Assembly (NCBI GenBank): GCA_963514005.1
Contig: OY740807.1
Span: 2,294,001 to 2,358,000 of the forward strand
DNA from: Raja brachyura
Taxonomy: Eukaryota
DNA: 64,000 bases
Direction: 5' to 3'
This document shows positions 47,568-60,507 of this stretch, in pieces; position 1 is the stretch's first letter, and each line of letters starts with the position of its first letter. The notes under the pieces are model-generated. The model searched no databases and had not been told where the DNA came from. It saw only the letters and a list, made by a program, of their open reading frames with translations. Position numbers and translations under genes: made by a program.

Positions 47568-50245
47568 CAGTGGCTTGCAAAAGTTTTCATACCCCTTTAA
47601 TTTTCCACATTTTGTCACGTTACATCCACAAACGTAAATGTATTTTATTGGGATTATATGTGATAGACCAACACAAAGTGGCGCATAATTGTGAAGTGGA
47701 AGGAAAATTATACATGGTTTTCAAATTTTTTTACAAATAAAAAACTGAAATGTGTGGCATGCAAAAGTATTCAGCCCCCTTTACACTGATACCCCTAAAT
47801 AAAATCCAGCGCAACCAATTGCCTTCAGAAGTCACTAGTAAATAGAGTCCACTTGTGTGTAATCTAATCTCAGTATAAATGCAGCTGTTCTGTGAAGGCC
47901 TCAGAGGGTTGTTAGAGAACATTAGTGAACAAACAGCATCACGAAGCCCAAGGAACACACCAGACAGGTCAGGGATAAAGTTGTGGAGAAGTTTAAAGCT
48001 GGGTTAGGTTTGAAAAGAATATCCCAAGCTTTGAACATCTCATGGAGCACTGTTCAATCCATCATCCGAAAATGGAAAGAGTATGCACAACTGCAAACCT
48101 ACCAAGACATGGCCGTCCACCTAAACTGACAGCCGGGCAAGGAGAGTATTTATCAGAGAAGCAGCCAAGTGGCCCATGGTATCTCTGGAAGAGCTACAGA
48201 GATCCACAGCTCAGGTAGGAGAATCTGTCCACAGGACAACTATTAGTCGTGCACTCCACAAATCGGGCCTTTATGGAAGAGTGGAAAGAAGAAAGCCATT
48301 GTTGAAACAAAACCATAAGAAGTCCCGTTTGCAGTTTGCCACAAGCCATGTGGAGGACACAGCAAACATGTGGAGGAAGGTGCTCTGGTCTGATGAGACC
48401 AAAATTGAAGTTTTTGGCCTAAATGCAAAACGCCATGTGTGGCAGAAAATGAGCACTGAGAAAATGAGGGTAAAGCAGTGGATGTTGTCTATATGGATTT
48501 CAGTAAGGCCTTTGACAAGTTTCCCCATGGAAGGTTCAATCTTTGGGTGTTAATGGCGGAGTAGCAAGATGGATTCAACAGTGGCTGAATGGGAGATGCC
48601 AGAGAGTAATGGTGGATGGCTGTTTGTCAGGTTGGAAGCCGGTGACCAGTGGGGTGTCTCAGGGATCTGTGTTGGGTCCACTGTTGTTTGTAATGTACAT
48701 CAATGATCTGGATAATGGGGTGGAAAATTGGATAAGTAAGTATGCAGATCATACTAAGATAGGTGGTGCTGTTGATAATGAAGTAGATTTTCAAAGTCTA
48801 CAGAGAGATTTGGGCCATTTGGAAGAGTGGGCTGAAAGATGGCAGATGGAGTTTAATGCTGATAAGTGTGAGGTGCTACATCTTGGCAGGACTAATCAAA
48901 ATAGGACGTACATGGTAAATGGTAGGGAATTGAGGAATGCTGTGGAACAGAGGCATCTAGGAATAACTGTGCATAGTTCCCAGAAAGTGGAATCGCATGT
49001 AGATAGCGTGGTAAAGGAAGCTTTTGGTGTGCTGGCTTTTATAAATCAGAGCATTGAATATCGGTGTAGGGAAGTAATGTTAAAATTGTACAAGGCATTG
49101 GTGAGATCAATTCTGGAGTGTGGTGTACAATTTTGGTCGCCTAATTATAGGAAGGATATCAACAAAATAGATAAATTACAGAGGAGATTTACTAGAATGT
49201 TGCCTGGGTTCCAGCAACTACGTTACAGAGAAAGGTTGAACAAGTTAGGTCTTCAGTCTTTGGAGCGCAGAAGGTTAGGGGGGGGACTTGATTGAGGTCT
49301 TTAAAATGATGAAAGGGATAGACAGTTGACGTGGATAAGCTTTTCCCATTGAGGGTAGGGAAGATTCAAACAAGAGGGCATGACATGAGAATTAAGGGAC
49401 AGAAGTTTAGGGGTAACATGAGGGGGAACGTCTTTACTCAGAGAGTGGTGGCTGTGTGGAATGAGCTTCCAGCAGAAGTGGTGGAGGCAGGATTGATTTT
49501 AACATTTAAAAGTAAAGTGGATAGGTATATGGACGGGAAGGGAATGGAGGGGTATGGTCTGAGTTCAGGTAGATGGGACTAGGGGAAAATAAATGTTCGG
49601 CATGGACTGGAAGGGCCGAGAGGGCCTGTTTCCGTGCTGTAATTGTTATATGGTTATATGGTTACAGGGCAATCTTGGAAGAAAACCTGTTAGAGTCTGC
49701 AAAAGACTTGAGACTGGGGTGGAGGTTCACCTTCCAGCAGGACAACGACCCTAAACATACAGCCAGAGCTACAATGGAATGGTTTAGATCAAAGCATATT
49801 CATGTGTTTGAATGGCCCAGTCAAAGTCCAGACCTAAATCCAATTGAGAATCTCTGGCAAGACTTGAAAATTGCTGTTCACAGACGCTCTCCATCCAATA
49901 GCTTGAGCTATTTTGCAAAGAAGAATGGGCAAAAATTTCAGTCTCTGGATGTGCAAAGCTGGTAGAGACATACCCCCAAAAGACTTGCAGCTGTAATTGC
50001 AGCGAAAGGTGGTTCTACATAGTATTGACTCAGGGGGGCAGAATACTTTTGCACGCCACACTTTCAGTTTTATATTTGTAATAAAATTTGGAAACCATGT
50101 ATCATTTTCCTTCCACTTCACAATTATGCACCACTTTGTGTTGGTCTATCACATAAAATTCCAATAAAATACGTTTACGTTTGTGGTTGTAACGTGACAA
50201 AATGTGGAAAAGTTCAAGGGGTATGAATGCTTTTGCAAGCCACTG
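47568..50245 (+). mobile_element. Tc1/mariner (Tc1, long IR/DR-type TIR) transposon, inactivated and interrupted by CR1
   Basis: TA TSDs (47566-47567, 50246-50247) and ~210-bp TIRs cagtggcttgcaaaag../..cttttgcaagccactg. Transposase motifs [31 protein letters not shown]. Confidence 0.93.
48463..49663 (+). mobile_element. CR1 nested in the Tc1 transposase
   Basis: RT ORF 48543-49295 and (ATATGGTT)n tail. Confidence 0.9.
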
Positions 50246-50271
50246 TATATCTAAAATCCATTCAATCCAGG

Positions 50272-50556
50272 GGTGGCGTGGCAGTTGAGCTACTGTCAGA
50301 GACCCGGGTTCGATCCTGACTACGGATACTTGTCTGTACGGAATTAGTACGTTCTCCCCACGAGCTGCGTAGGTTTTCCTCTCGATCTTTTGTTTCCTCC
50401 CACTCTCCAAAAGCATAGAGATTTGTAGGTTAATTGGTTTGGTATAAATGTAAATTGTCCCCAGTGTGTGTAGGATAGTTTAAGTGTGCGGAGGTCACTG
50501 GTCGGTGCGGACTCGCTGGGCCGAAGGGACGTGTCTCTAAAGAAAACTAACTAAAA
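50272..50556 (+). mobile_element. tRNA-derived SINE
   Basis: B-box ggttcgatcc, V-core, ggccgaaggg tail. Confidence 0.75.
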
Positions 50557-50579
50557 TATGTATTGTATAAACCAAGCAA

Positions 50580-52180
50580 TTCGAGCCAGCACCGCCATTC
50601 AATGGGATCATGGCTGATCATCCATATTCAGTACCCCGTTTCTGCCTTCTCCCCATTCTCTCCCCTTCTCCCCATATCCCTTGATTCCGCTAACCTTAAG
50701 AGCCCTATATAAATCTATTTTCAATGTATCCAGTGATTCGGCCTCCACAGCCTTTTGAGGCAGATAATTCCACAAATTCGCAACACTCTAGGTGAAAACG
50801 TTTTTCCTCATCTCCGTTCTAAATGACCTACCCCATATTCTTAAAGGGTGGCCCCTGGTTCTGGACTCCCCCAACATCGGGAACATGTTCTCTGCATCTA
50901 GCTTGTCCAATCCCTTAATAATTGTATATGTTTTTATAAGATCCTCTCTCATCCTTCTAAACTCCAGTAAATACAAGCCCAGTCGTCCAATTCTTTCATC
51001 ATATGACAGTCCCGCCATCCCGGGAATTAACCTCGTGAACCTACGCTGCACTCACTAGGAAGAATGGCATTCCTCAAATTAGGAGACCAAAACTGCACGC
51101 AATACTCCAGGGGTGCTCTCACATGAGCCCTGTACAACTGCAGGAGGACCTCTTTGCTCCTATACTCAAAACCTCTCGTTATGTAGGCCAACATGCCATT
51201 AGCGTTCTTCACTGCCTGATGTGCCTGCATGCTTACTTTCAGTTGTTAAAGAAGGAACTGCAGATGCTGGAGAATCGAGGGTTACACAAAAAGCTGGAGA
51301 AACTCAGCGGGTGCAGCAGCATCTAAGGAGCGAAGGAGATAGGCGACGTTTCGGGTCGAGACCCTTCTTCAAGGGTCTCGACCCGAAACGTCGCCTATCT
51401 CCTTCGCTCCTTAGATGCTGCTGCACCCGCTGAGTTTCTCCAGCTTTTTGTGTAACCCCTGCTTACTTTCAGTGACTGGTGTACAAGGACACCAAGGTCT
51501 CGTTGCACTTCCCCTTATCCTGCAACATTCTGACTACATTCAGATGGTAATCTGCCTTCTTGTTCTTGCCACCAAAGTGCATAAACTCACATTTATCCAC
51601 ATTATACTGCATCTGCCCACTCACCCAACCTATCCAAGTCAAATTCCCATGTTACTTTTAATTCCTTCATCTAACTCATTTATATATATTGCAAATAGCT
51701 GCGGTCCCAGCACAGAGGCTTGCGGCACCCCACTAGTCACTGCGTGTCATTTTGAAAGGGACACGTTAATTCCTACTCTTTGTTTCCTGTCTGCCAACCA
51801 ATTTTCTTTCCATGTCAATACCCTACCCCCAATACCATGTGTTCCAATTGTGCCCACTAATCTCCTGTGTAGGACCTGTCAAAGGCTTTCCGAAAGTCCA
51901 GATACACTACATCCACTGGCTCTCCCTTATCCATATTTTTGATACATCCTGAAAAAATTCTAGAAAATTACACAAGCAAGATTTCCCCTTCATAAATCCA
52001 TGGTGACTTGGACCGATCCTGTTACTGCTATCCAAATGCGCCGCTATTACATCTTTATTCATTGACTCCAGCATCTTCCCCACCACTGATGCCAGGCTAA
52101 CTGCCCTATAATGTCCTGTTTTCTCTCTCCCTCTTCTTAGAAAGTGGGATAACAGTAGCTATCTTCCAATCCACAGGTGC
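50580..52180 (-). mobile_element. Degenerate CR1
   Basis: RT remnants on the minus strand. Confidence 0.85.
51244..51459. mobile_element. Penelope-derived palindromic mini-element
   Basis: Perfect 88-bp arms (51279-51366, 51371-51458) and a 14-bp TSD tgcttactttcagt (51230-51243, 51460-51473). Confidence 0.9.
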
Positions 52181-52509
52181 AGAGACCTTGGAATATATTC
52201 ATGTTACACACCCGTGGGCTGGAATTAAGGAGATGAATTACCAGAATAAATTTAAGGCATTGGGCCCATCGAGTCTAATCTGCCATTTAATCCAGTCTGA
52301 TGTCTGCCTACTAATCCCATTTCCTGCCTTTTCCCCATAACCATTGACACCCATTGTAATCAAAATGTGTCAACCTCTGCCTTAAAAATGCCCACTGGAC
52401 ATGGACTCCACAGCCCTCGGTGGCAAGGAGTTCCACAAATGACGAAATAAGTTCCTCCTCACTAAAAGAGCGCGGGAGCACCGCATCCATTGTCCTCAGC
52501 CCACGGACT

Positions 52510-53305
52510 CACGGTGTAGCAGCGGCAGAGTTGCTGCCGGAGACCCGGGTTCGATCCCGACTACGGGTTCTGTCTGTACGGAGTTTGTATGTTCTCCCCG
52601 TGACCTGCATTGGTTTTCTCCGAGAGCTTCGGTATCCTCCCACACTCCAAAGACGTACATGTTTGTAGGTTAATTGGCTTGGTAAATGTAAAAATTGTCC
52701 CTAGTGGGTATAGGCTAGTGGGGGTCGCTGGTCGGCGCGGACCCAATGGGCCAAAGGGCTTGTTTCTGCGCTTTATCTCTAAACTGAAGGAATCTAAACT
52801 GATCAAGATATATCATAGATATATAGATTTACTAGAATGTTGCCTGGGTTCCAGCAACTAAGTTACAGAGAAAGGTTGAACAAGTTAGGTCTTTATTCTT
52901 TGGAGCGCAGAAGGTTAAGGGGGAACTTGATTGAGGTCTTTAAAATGATGAAAGGGATAGACAGAGTTGACGTGGATAAGCTTTTCCCATTGAGGATAGG
53001 AAAGATTCAAACAACAGGGCATGACATGAGAATTAAGGGACAGAAGTTTAGGGGTAACATGAGGGGGAACTTCTTTACTCAGAGAGTGGTGGCTGTGTGG
53101 AATGATCCTCCTGCAGAAGTGGTGGAGGCAGGATCGATTTTAACATTTAAAAGTAAAGTGGATAGGTATATGGACGGGAAGGGAATGGAGGGGTATGGTC
53201 GGAGTGCAGGTAGATGGGACTAGGGAAAAATAAATGGTCGGCACGGACTGGAAGGGCCGAGAAGGCCTGTTTCCGTGCTGTAATTGTTATATGGTTATAT
53301 GGTTA
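52510..53305 (+). mobile_element. tRNA-SINE (52510-52800) followed by a CR1 3' fragment (52825-53305)
   Basis: B-box ggttcgatcc and V-core; CR1 ORF 52837-53223 with tail. Confidence 0.85.
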
Positions 53306-55729
53306 TCATTAAAACGGGTGACATATGGTTATAATTAAAACGTACGACATCTCTAGTACGGGTTGTTCTGAGAGCCAGTCGTCTATTCTGAGAAGAGCCG
53401 TTACACTTGGATAACTGTGATTCGGTTTTCACCGTGACTCCGTGAATCACCAGCACCCTTCAGCCCTTCACCATGTCTATACCGATGGATGAACAGTGCG
53501 ATCATCATGAGTGAAGTTCCCTGAAGTTAATTATCGGGAGCACCGCACCCATTGCCCTCAGCCCACCACAGAACCCCCGACCCAGACCCAGGAACCTCCC
53601 TCCTGCAGCCCCACAAGCACCAACACCTCCGCTTCGCCTCATTCACAATGATTGGGTCCCAAATCTAACCGCGGCCGCCATGAGCGTTCCTGCCTTCGGC
53701 TGAGATAGTCGTGAGCCCTTGAGTTTTCTTAACCTCTGCACATCCCTGTGTTCCAGTAACATACTCTTTGAGACCACATTTCGACCGGAGCGTTTGGTAA
53801 TCTGTTCTGGCGCCTTCCCGTGTGTCCTGGCACCCGCATTTCCCGATAACAACAAAGCAGCTTGGGTCGTCTTGATTGATTAAATAGTCTCTCTTAACCT
53901 ATTGCAGTTTAGGGTATGTTAGAAGCTTGTCCCAAACACTCTGTGTTCTCTCGTGCCTCGGTGTCGGAGTTGTCAAATATGCATAGGAATGTACAAGGCA
54001 TGATTAGTCACATTGCAGATGCCACAAAATAGCTGGTAATGCTGACATTGAGGGGGTTATCAGGGGTTTAAACAGGATCTTGATCAGCTTGTCAAATGCT
54101 CTGAAGAACTTCAAATGGAGTGTAATGGAGATAACTGCAATTCGTTGCATTTTGGGAAGACAATCTAGGGCAGGAGGTTCACAATGAAGGCCCGGGGGTT
54201 GGGGGTGGGGGGGGGGGGGGGGGTGTTGCAGAGCACAATTCCTTAAAATTGGTGTAACCGGTAAATAGGATGTGTTGTAGAGCAGAGGGAGTACAGGTAC
54301 ATGGTTCCACAACAGTGTTGTCACAAGTAGACTGGGTGGTCAAGGAAGCTTTCTGAACATTGTCCTGCATCAGTCAAGTATATAAATTAGTATCTGACAT
54401 TTGCAAGAAACGTTGATGAGACCACAATAGGTGAGTCGTGTCCAGACTTGGTCACTCTAATGTTGGAAACATGTTAATTAAGCTGGAAAAAGTGCATCGA
54501 GAGTCACAAGGGTGTTGCAAGAACTGGAGTGCCCGAGTTACAGGGAGAGGTTGAGCAGGTTAGGGCCAAATTCCTTGGAACACAAAAGGCTGAGCGGTGA
54601 CCCTATAGGGAGTTATATAATCATGAGGCGGATAGATAGTGTGAATGCAGAGTCTTTATTCCGGGGTAGGAAAATGAAGTATTAGAGAGCATGGGTTTTT
54701 GAGAAGGATTACATTGATGTGGAAGCTGATGGGCTGGAACTTGAAATCGATAACTCGGTTCAATTATGAACTGGAACATGTCTCCCTCCATCAGTCTCAT
54801 TGTGTTCAGTCACCACCACATTGCCGACGGTCCATGGGCCGAGCAGCCCAGGCGCCAGCCCGTGTGTTTGAGCGGCGCTGATGCAGCTGCGTTCTCGTCA
54901 TTTCCCCACGAGGACCCGGCCGGTGTTGGCGCGGTCTTTATTTAGCTGCCGTTATACAAATCGATGCTGTTTTTGGTTGTTTGTGAAGCGGTGCAGGTGT
55001 CGCGGTCGCTGGGACCCTGTGAGGGAGGAGGGAGTCGTGGGGGAGCATTTTGAAAAATGATTTAACATTAAGAAACTGGAATCTCCGGAAGGCGATGAAC
55101 CTGAAATGTCGTCTTTAAAAAATATTTTCATTAATTGCAGTTTTCAAAAATATTTTCATTAATTGCAGTTCATTGCTCTTTCAAGCGATGAACTTCAATA
55201 TTTTAATTGATAGTTAGTTGATTTGATAATAATTGCGAAAGAGCTCGCTGCGGGAGGAAGAAATCGCCGAGGTTTCCAGCTGTGATAAATATATAATATT
55301 CGGGAGGAGCGGGGACTGGGATCAGCAGCAGGGAAATATTAGGATATCACAACGACCCGGGGGGGGGGGGGGGGGGGGGGAGATCAGGGGCTCGTGGCCT
55401 CTATCCACGGACACCTCACTCGCACACTCCGCGCTCACCGTTGGACATAACGGTGATCCAAGGAATTCAGTCCATGCTTCATTCCAGGTCACATCAGAGA
55501 AGAGCAACAATGGGCCTGTTCCTTCACTTGCTACAATCACGGGTGACTCTCTCCACGTCGCTGCCTTGCATAATCCCCAGGCACCCGAATTCCTCAGTGC
55601 AGAAGCCTCGGTGGAATCTGTACTGTCACAGCCACTGGTCAATGTCAGATTGTTGTCAAACATTACAACAGGCTCTTGATCAGCTGTGCTAGAGGGCTGA
55701 GGATGGAGAATGCAGATTGACTCCTTTAT

Positions 55730-56660
55730 AAAGGACTCTAAAAATTTACCAACTACTGAAGTCAGACTAACTGGCCAATAGTTCCCACTATTCTGCTTTG
55801 CTCCCTTGTTGTGCAGCGGGGTAATATTGGCAATTTTCCAATCATCTGAGACCTCTCCTGTCTATGGTGATTCTTGAAATATCACTGTCAATGCTTCCAC
55901 AATAAACCCACGTCTTTCAGGACCCTACGGTGCAGTCCATCTGGTCCAGGTGACCTATCCATCTTCAGCCCTTTCAGCTTCCCAAGTACCTTGTTCTGAG
56001 TAATAGCCGCTCCACAAAGTTCAACACCTGACTCTCTTGAATTTCAAGCACGTTGCTGGTGTCACCACTGTGAAGACTGCAGCAACAAAGTTGACATTTC
56101 TTTATTCCCCATTATCACTTCTCCTGTATCATTTTCCAGCGGCCCAACTTCCACACTAGCCTCTTTCTTACTCTTTATATAACTGAAGAAACTCTTCCTA
56201 TCCTCTTTTATATTATTGGTTAGCTTACTTTCGTATTTCACCTTTTCTCCCGTATTGCCTTTTTAATTACCTTCTGTTGTTCTATAAAAGCTCCCCGATC
56301 ATTTGGTTTCCTATTAATCTTTGCTATATGCCTTCTCTTTATCTTTTATACTGTCCTTGACTTCCCTTGTCAGCCATGGTCGCCTCTTTCTCCCCCTGAA
56401 ACTTTCTTCCTCTTTTGAATAAAAAGATCCTGCATCTTTCGGATTATTCCCAGAAATTCCTGCCATTGCTGTTCCACCGTCACCCATGCTAGGGTCTCTT
56501 TCCAGTCAACTTTTGCCAGCTCCTCCTCGTGCCGTTGTAATCCCCTTTGCTCAGCTGCAATACCGACATATCCGATTTCACCTTCTCCCTCTCAATTTGC
56601 AGATTAAAACTTGTCATGTCGTGATCGCGACCTCGTAATGCTCCCTTTACCTTGAGTATC
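55730..56660 (-). mobile_element. Old CR1 ORF2 fragment
   Basis: Minus-strand DKSPGPDGLH and NYWPVSL remnants. Confidence 0.75.
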
Positions 56661-59009
56661 AAATCGGAGGGCCCTGAGTAGTGTTGCGCAGCAGAGGTAT
56701 CTTAGATTGCAGGTCCTGGTGTGTTCGGCAGAGGTAGGAAGAGAGGGGATGGGAGCCGGGGGTGAAAGATGGGACCGGCCGCAGCCGTCCCGGGATGGAA
56801 GTGTGGGTCTGGTCGTGATCTCCTGCCTGTGGATGCAACTGCAGCTAAAGGGACAAGTTTAGGTTTATTATTGTCACGTGTACCAGCGTAGAGTGAAATT
56901 CTTTATTTTGCATACAATTCAGTAAAATCATACTATACATAATCACAATAATTAATAAGCATTGAAATGCGTCGGTGGGATGTAAGATTAGTGGACTTCA
57001 ATGGGACAGTACACAGATTTACAAAGCAGGTCAGGCAGCATCTCTGGAGAACATGGGTAGGAGACATCGGGAGCCTTCTTCACACTGATTCAGTCTGCTG
57101 AGTCAGTCCAGCATTTTGTGTTGTTAGACCTTAAAGCTTGGCGCCAATGCAACTGGTCTTCATCAGCGAGCCCTTCTTGGCGTGGCTGTTATTGTGGCTC
57201 ATGTTGTCGTGCTGGCCGACAACGCTTTTTTCAGGCTGCTGCCAACGACAAGACGCCTTCTGTCACCGTGAGGCTGACCTGTTGCTGCCTCCAAATTTGA
57301 GTATGTTGGTGACTGTGGGGGGAAATAATGAGTATCTGGTGGGGGTGGGGGAGAGGCCTAGTGGGCAGTGGCCATCGAGACGGGAGTGGACAAATGTACC
57401 GCCAACACAAGAAGCAGCAGCAGGTGAGAGCCCCATAGTCAGTGACTGAAAGTATCTGTCTGAGGCGGCTGCCCAAAGAAAGCATTACATGGTGAGCCGC
57501 AACAACAGATGCGTCACCCAGACCTTGCTGTAGGTGAAGAAGGGCTCTCTAGTGCACCTTGCAAGTTGGAGGTGGGGTTGGATGCCGGGGCTCTGAACGG
57601 CTGGTGAGATGGTACGAGCCTGGATGGCGTCAGCAGGTCCGTCCGCTGTATCCGAAATCCATTATAACGGGCTACATTAGAACGAGGGTTTACAGTACTC
57701 GGCTCGTCGGGAAGCATCTCCTGGGGAGCAAGTGAAATGTCTCAGCTCTGCTTCTCTCTCCACATAAGTTGCCTGAGCTGCTGATGATTCCTAGCATGGT
57801 CCATCTTTGTCTCGGAATTCCAGCTTCTGTAAATTTTGTGTTCCATATAAAAGTTGGCACCTGAGATTAAGGACCGGTGAAGCAGTGTCTATCCGTACTT
57901 GCTGGAGTTCAGCACAAGGAGAGGTCATCTCATTGGCTTTCCAGTCTGAAGAAGGGTCCCGATTCGAAGCATCAACTCTCTATGTTCTCCAGAGATGTTG
58001 CCTGAACCACTGGGTCACTGCAGCACTTTGTGTCCTTTTGTGGAAACCAGTTTCTGCAATATCTTGTTTATTCATAGGCTTCTCTTGTGCTTTTCAGGTT
58101 AATTTGGAGACATGGAGAAAATGGTGATTGTGTCAAATTAACAGGTGCTTGGTCTCTGCCATTCCTATGTGGATCTGCAGCCTCTCTTCCAGCTTTCTCA
58201 CTCCTTCTACAGTCAGTCTGAAGGGACCCAACCCGAAACATCATGTCCTCCAGAGATGCTGCCTGAAATGTTGAGTTACTCCAGCACTTTGTGTTTTACC
58301 CATGATTCCAGCACTTGCGGTTTCTTGTGGCTCTGGATCTGCGAGCTGATTAGTGGGCCTCACTGATCACCAACTGTGGACATTGGAGCCTTCTCTTCCT
58401 GGTCACCGGGCAATGAACAGTGTGTGTGTTAATGCTTTGCTCCACCAGTTCCCTGACTCAGTTTTAGCATTCTCAACCTCATGCTCAAATCACTCCTGGG
58501 CCCTCATCCCCTCTCTTTCTCTGGAACCTCTTCCAGTCCTGCAACCCTCTGAAACCTTTGCTCTTCTTCATCTATGGTCCCAATTTAAATCTTCATATCT
58601 CTGCACTCTCCAACTACCCACAGTGGTTTGGCCGCCTTGACTCTCAACTCTAAGCTTGCCCCACTGAACCTCCGCTGCCCCTTTTAGGTCATTATGTAAT
58701 TTTGCTCCTAATCTCACACAGTTAGTCTGGTTCAGTAAAACACTGAGACAAGCTCTGGATCAACTAACTTCTTCACTTCTCAAACACAAAAGCACTTCCT
58801 ATACGATACCTAACCAACACCGTGGGTGCGATCCTTCTCTCTATTCATCCACGCCCTTCAGCCTCGTGCGAATAGACACCTCCAGATAGTCAGCACGGTC
58901 CAAGAAGATCGACTCAGTCTCACGTGGTCTCTCCTCTTTTATTCCATATCGGACCCGTGGCATGAGATATATAAAGGGGGGGGGGGGGGGGGGGGGGGCA
59001 GTCTGGTGA

Positions 59010-59950
59010 ACCACGGGTTATTGATAACGGACGATCAGCCATGATCACAATGAATGGTGGTGCTGGCTCGAAGGGCCGAATGGCCTCCTCCTGCACCTAT
59101 TTTCTATGTTTCTATGTTAACCTTCTCTGTACTCCCTCTATGGCAAGAATGTCCTTCCTCAGATTTGGAGACCAAAACTGTACGCAATACGCCAGGTGTG
59201 GTCTCACCAAGACCCTGTACAACTGCAGTAGAACCTCCCTACTCCTATACTCAAATCCTTTTGCTATGAATGCTAACAAACCATTCACTTTCTTCACTGC
59301 CTGCTGCACCTGCATGCCGACTATCAATGATTGGTGTACCATGACACCCAGGTCTCGTTACATCTCCCCTTTTGCTAATCGGCCACCATTCAGATAATAG
59401 TCTATTTTCCTGTTGTTGCCACCAAAGTGGATAACCTCACATTTATCCACATTATACTGCATCTGCCATACATTTTCCCACTCACCCAGCCTATCCAAGT
59501 CAGCTTGCAGCCTCCCAGCATCCTCCTCACAGCTAACACTGCCGCCCAACTTCATGTCATCCGCAAACTTGGATATGTTGCATTCAATTCCCTCATCCAA
59601 ATCATTAATACATATTGTAAATCGCTGGGTTCCCAGCACTGAGCATTGCGGTACCCCATTAGTCACTGACTGCCATTCAAAAAAATACCCGTTTACTCCT
59701 ACTCTTTGCTTCATGTCTGCCAGCCAGTTCTCTATCCACATCAATACTGAACCCCCAATACCGTGTGCTTTAAGTTTGCATACTAATCTCTTATGTGGGA
59801 CCTTGTCGAAAGCCTTTTGAAAGTCCAGATATAACACATCCACTGGTTCTCCCTTATCCACTCTGCTAGTTACATCCTTGAAAAATTCTATAAGATTCGT
59901 CAGATATGATTTACCTTTCATAAATACATGCTGACTTTGTCCAATGATTT
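59010..59950 (-). mobile_element. CR1 RT fragment (minus, 59117-59950) abutting a plus-strand CR1 tail (59010-59117)
   Basis: ORF 59358-59921 contains [13 protein letters not shown] and FADD. Confidence 0.88.
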
Positions 59951-60507
59951 AATCGGCTAGCTTCCCTCACTGAAGCAGAAGATGGCTGCCCCCAACACTT
60001 TGTCCAATTGATATTATCAATTACAACATTTCACTTTTAGATTGGGCGTCTATGTGGTGCAGAAATTGGGATTTTGTCCTCTCTGTAATTAAAATATTTA
60101 CGTCAGCAGTTTAGAAGTGGATGGAATAAGAGCCTAATGTCAGACAACATGGAAAGGAATTTAAAAAGAGGGGTGGTGAATACAGCACTGGAGATGTTAA
60201 ATCGAAATGCCTGCAGTCGGCTACACAAGGTGATGAGACAGACAGGCATACAGACCACAAGTCCCAATGACCTCCACCAATGTCTTCTCTAACTGTGAGT
60301 ATTTCACAGTTGCACTCCCCTGCACAGATCACATTTATCCTCTCATCCTTGTACACTAGTCTCTTTATGGCAATCTCAATCCCCACCGAATCATCCTCGT
60401 TGTGGTAAACATCCATTTCATACATGTAATGGTGGGTCTTTAGTGGAGAGCACAAATTTGTGTCTAGATTTGTAGATCCAATCACAGTGTGAGCGGTTCT
60501 AGTAATG

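Noticed and set aside
57138-57449. Signal-peptide-like 103-aa ORF
   Set aside because: TTG start, no recognisable domain and no supported splice structure.
26695-58997. Long poly-G runs (~26695, 36927, 54207, 55359, 58976)
   Set aside because: Simple homopolymers with unreliable length in assemblies and no shared context indicating function.
60111-60485. 124-aa minus-strand ORF (also 55322-55663)
   Set aside because: No family motif recognised and non-ATG or unsupported starts; cannot be called coding without homology or expression data.
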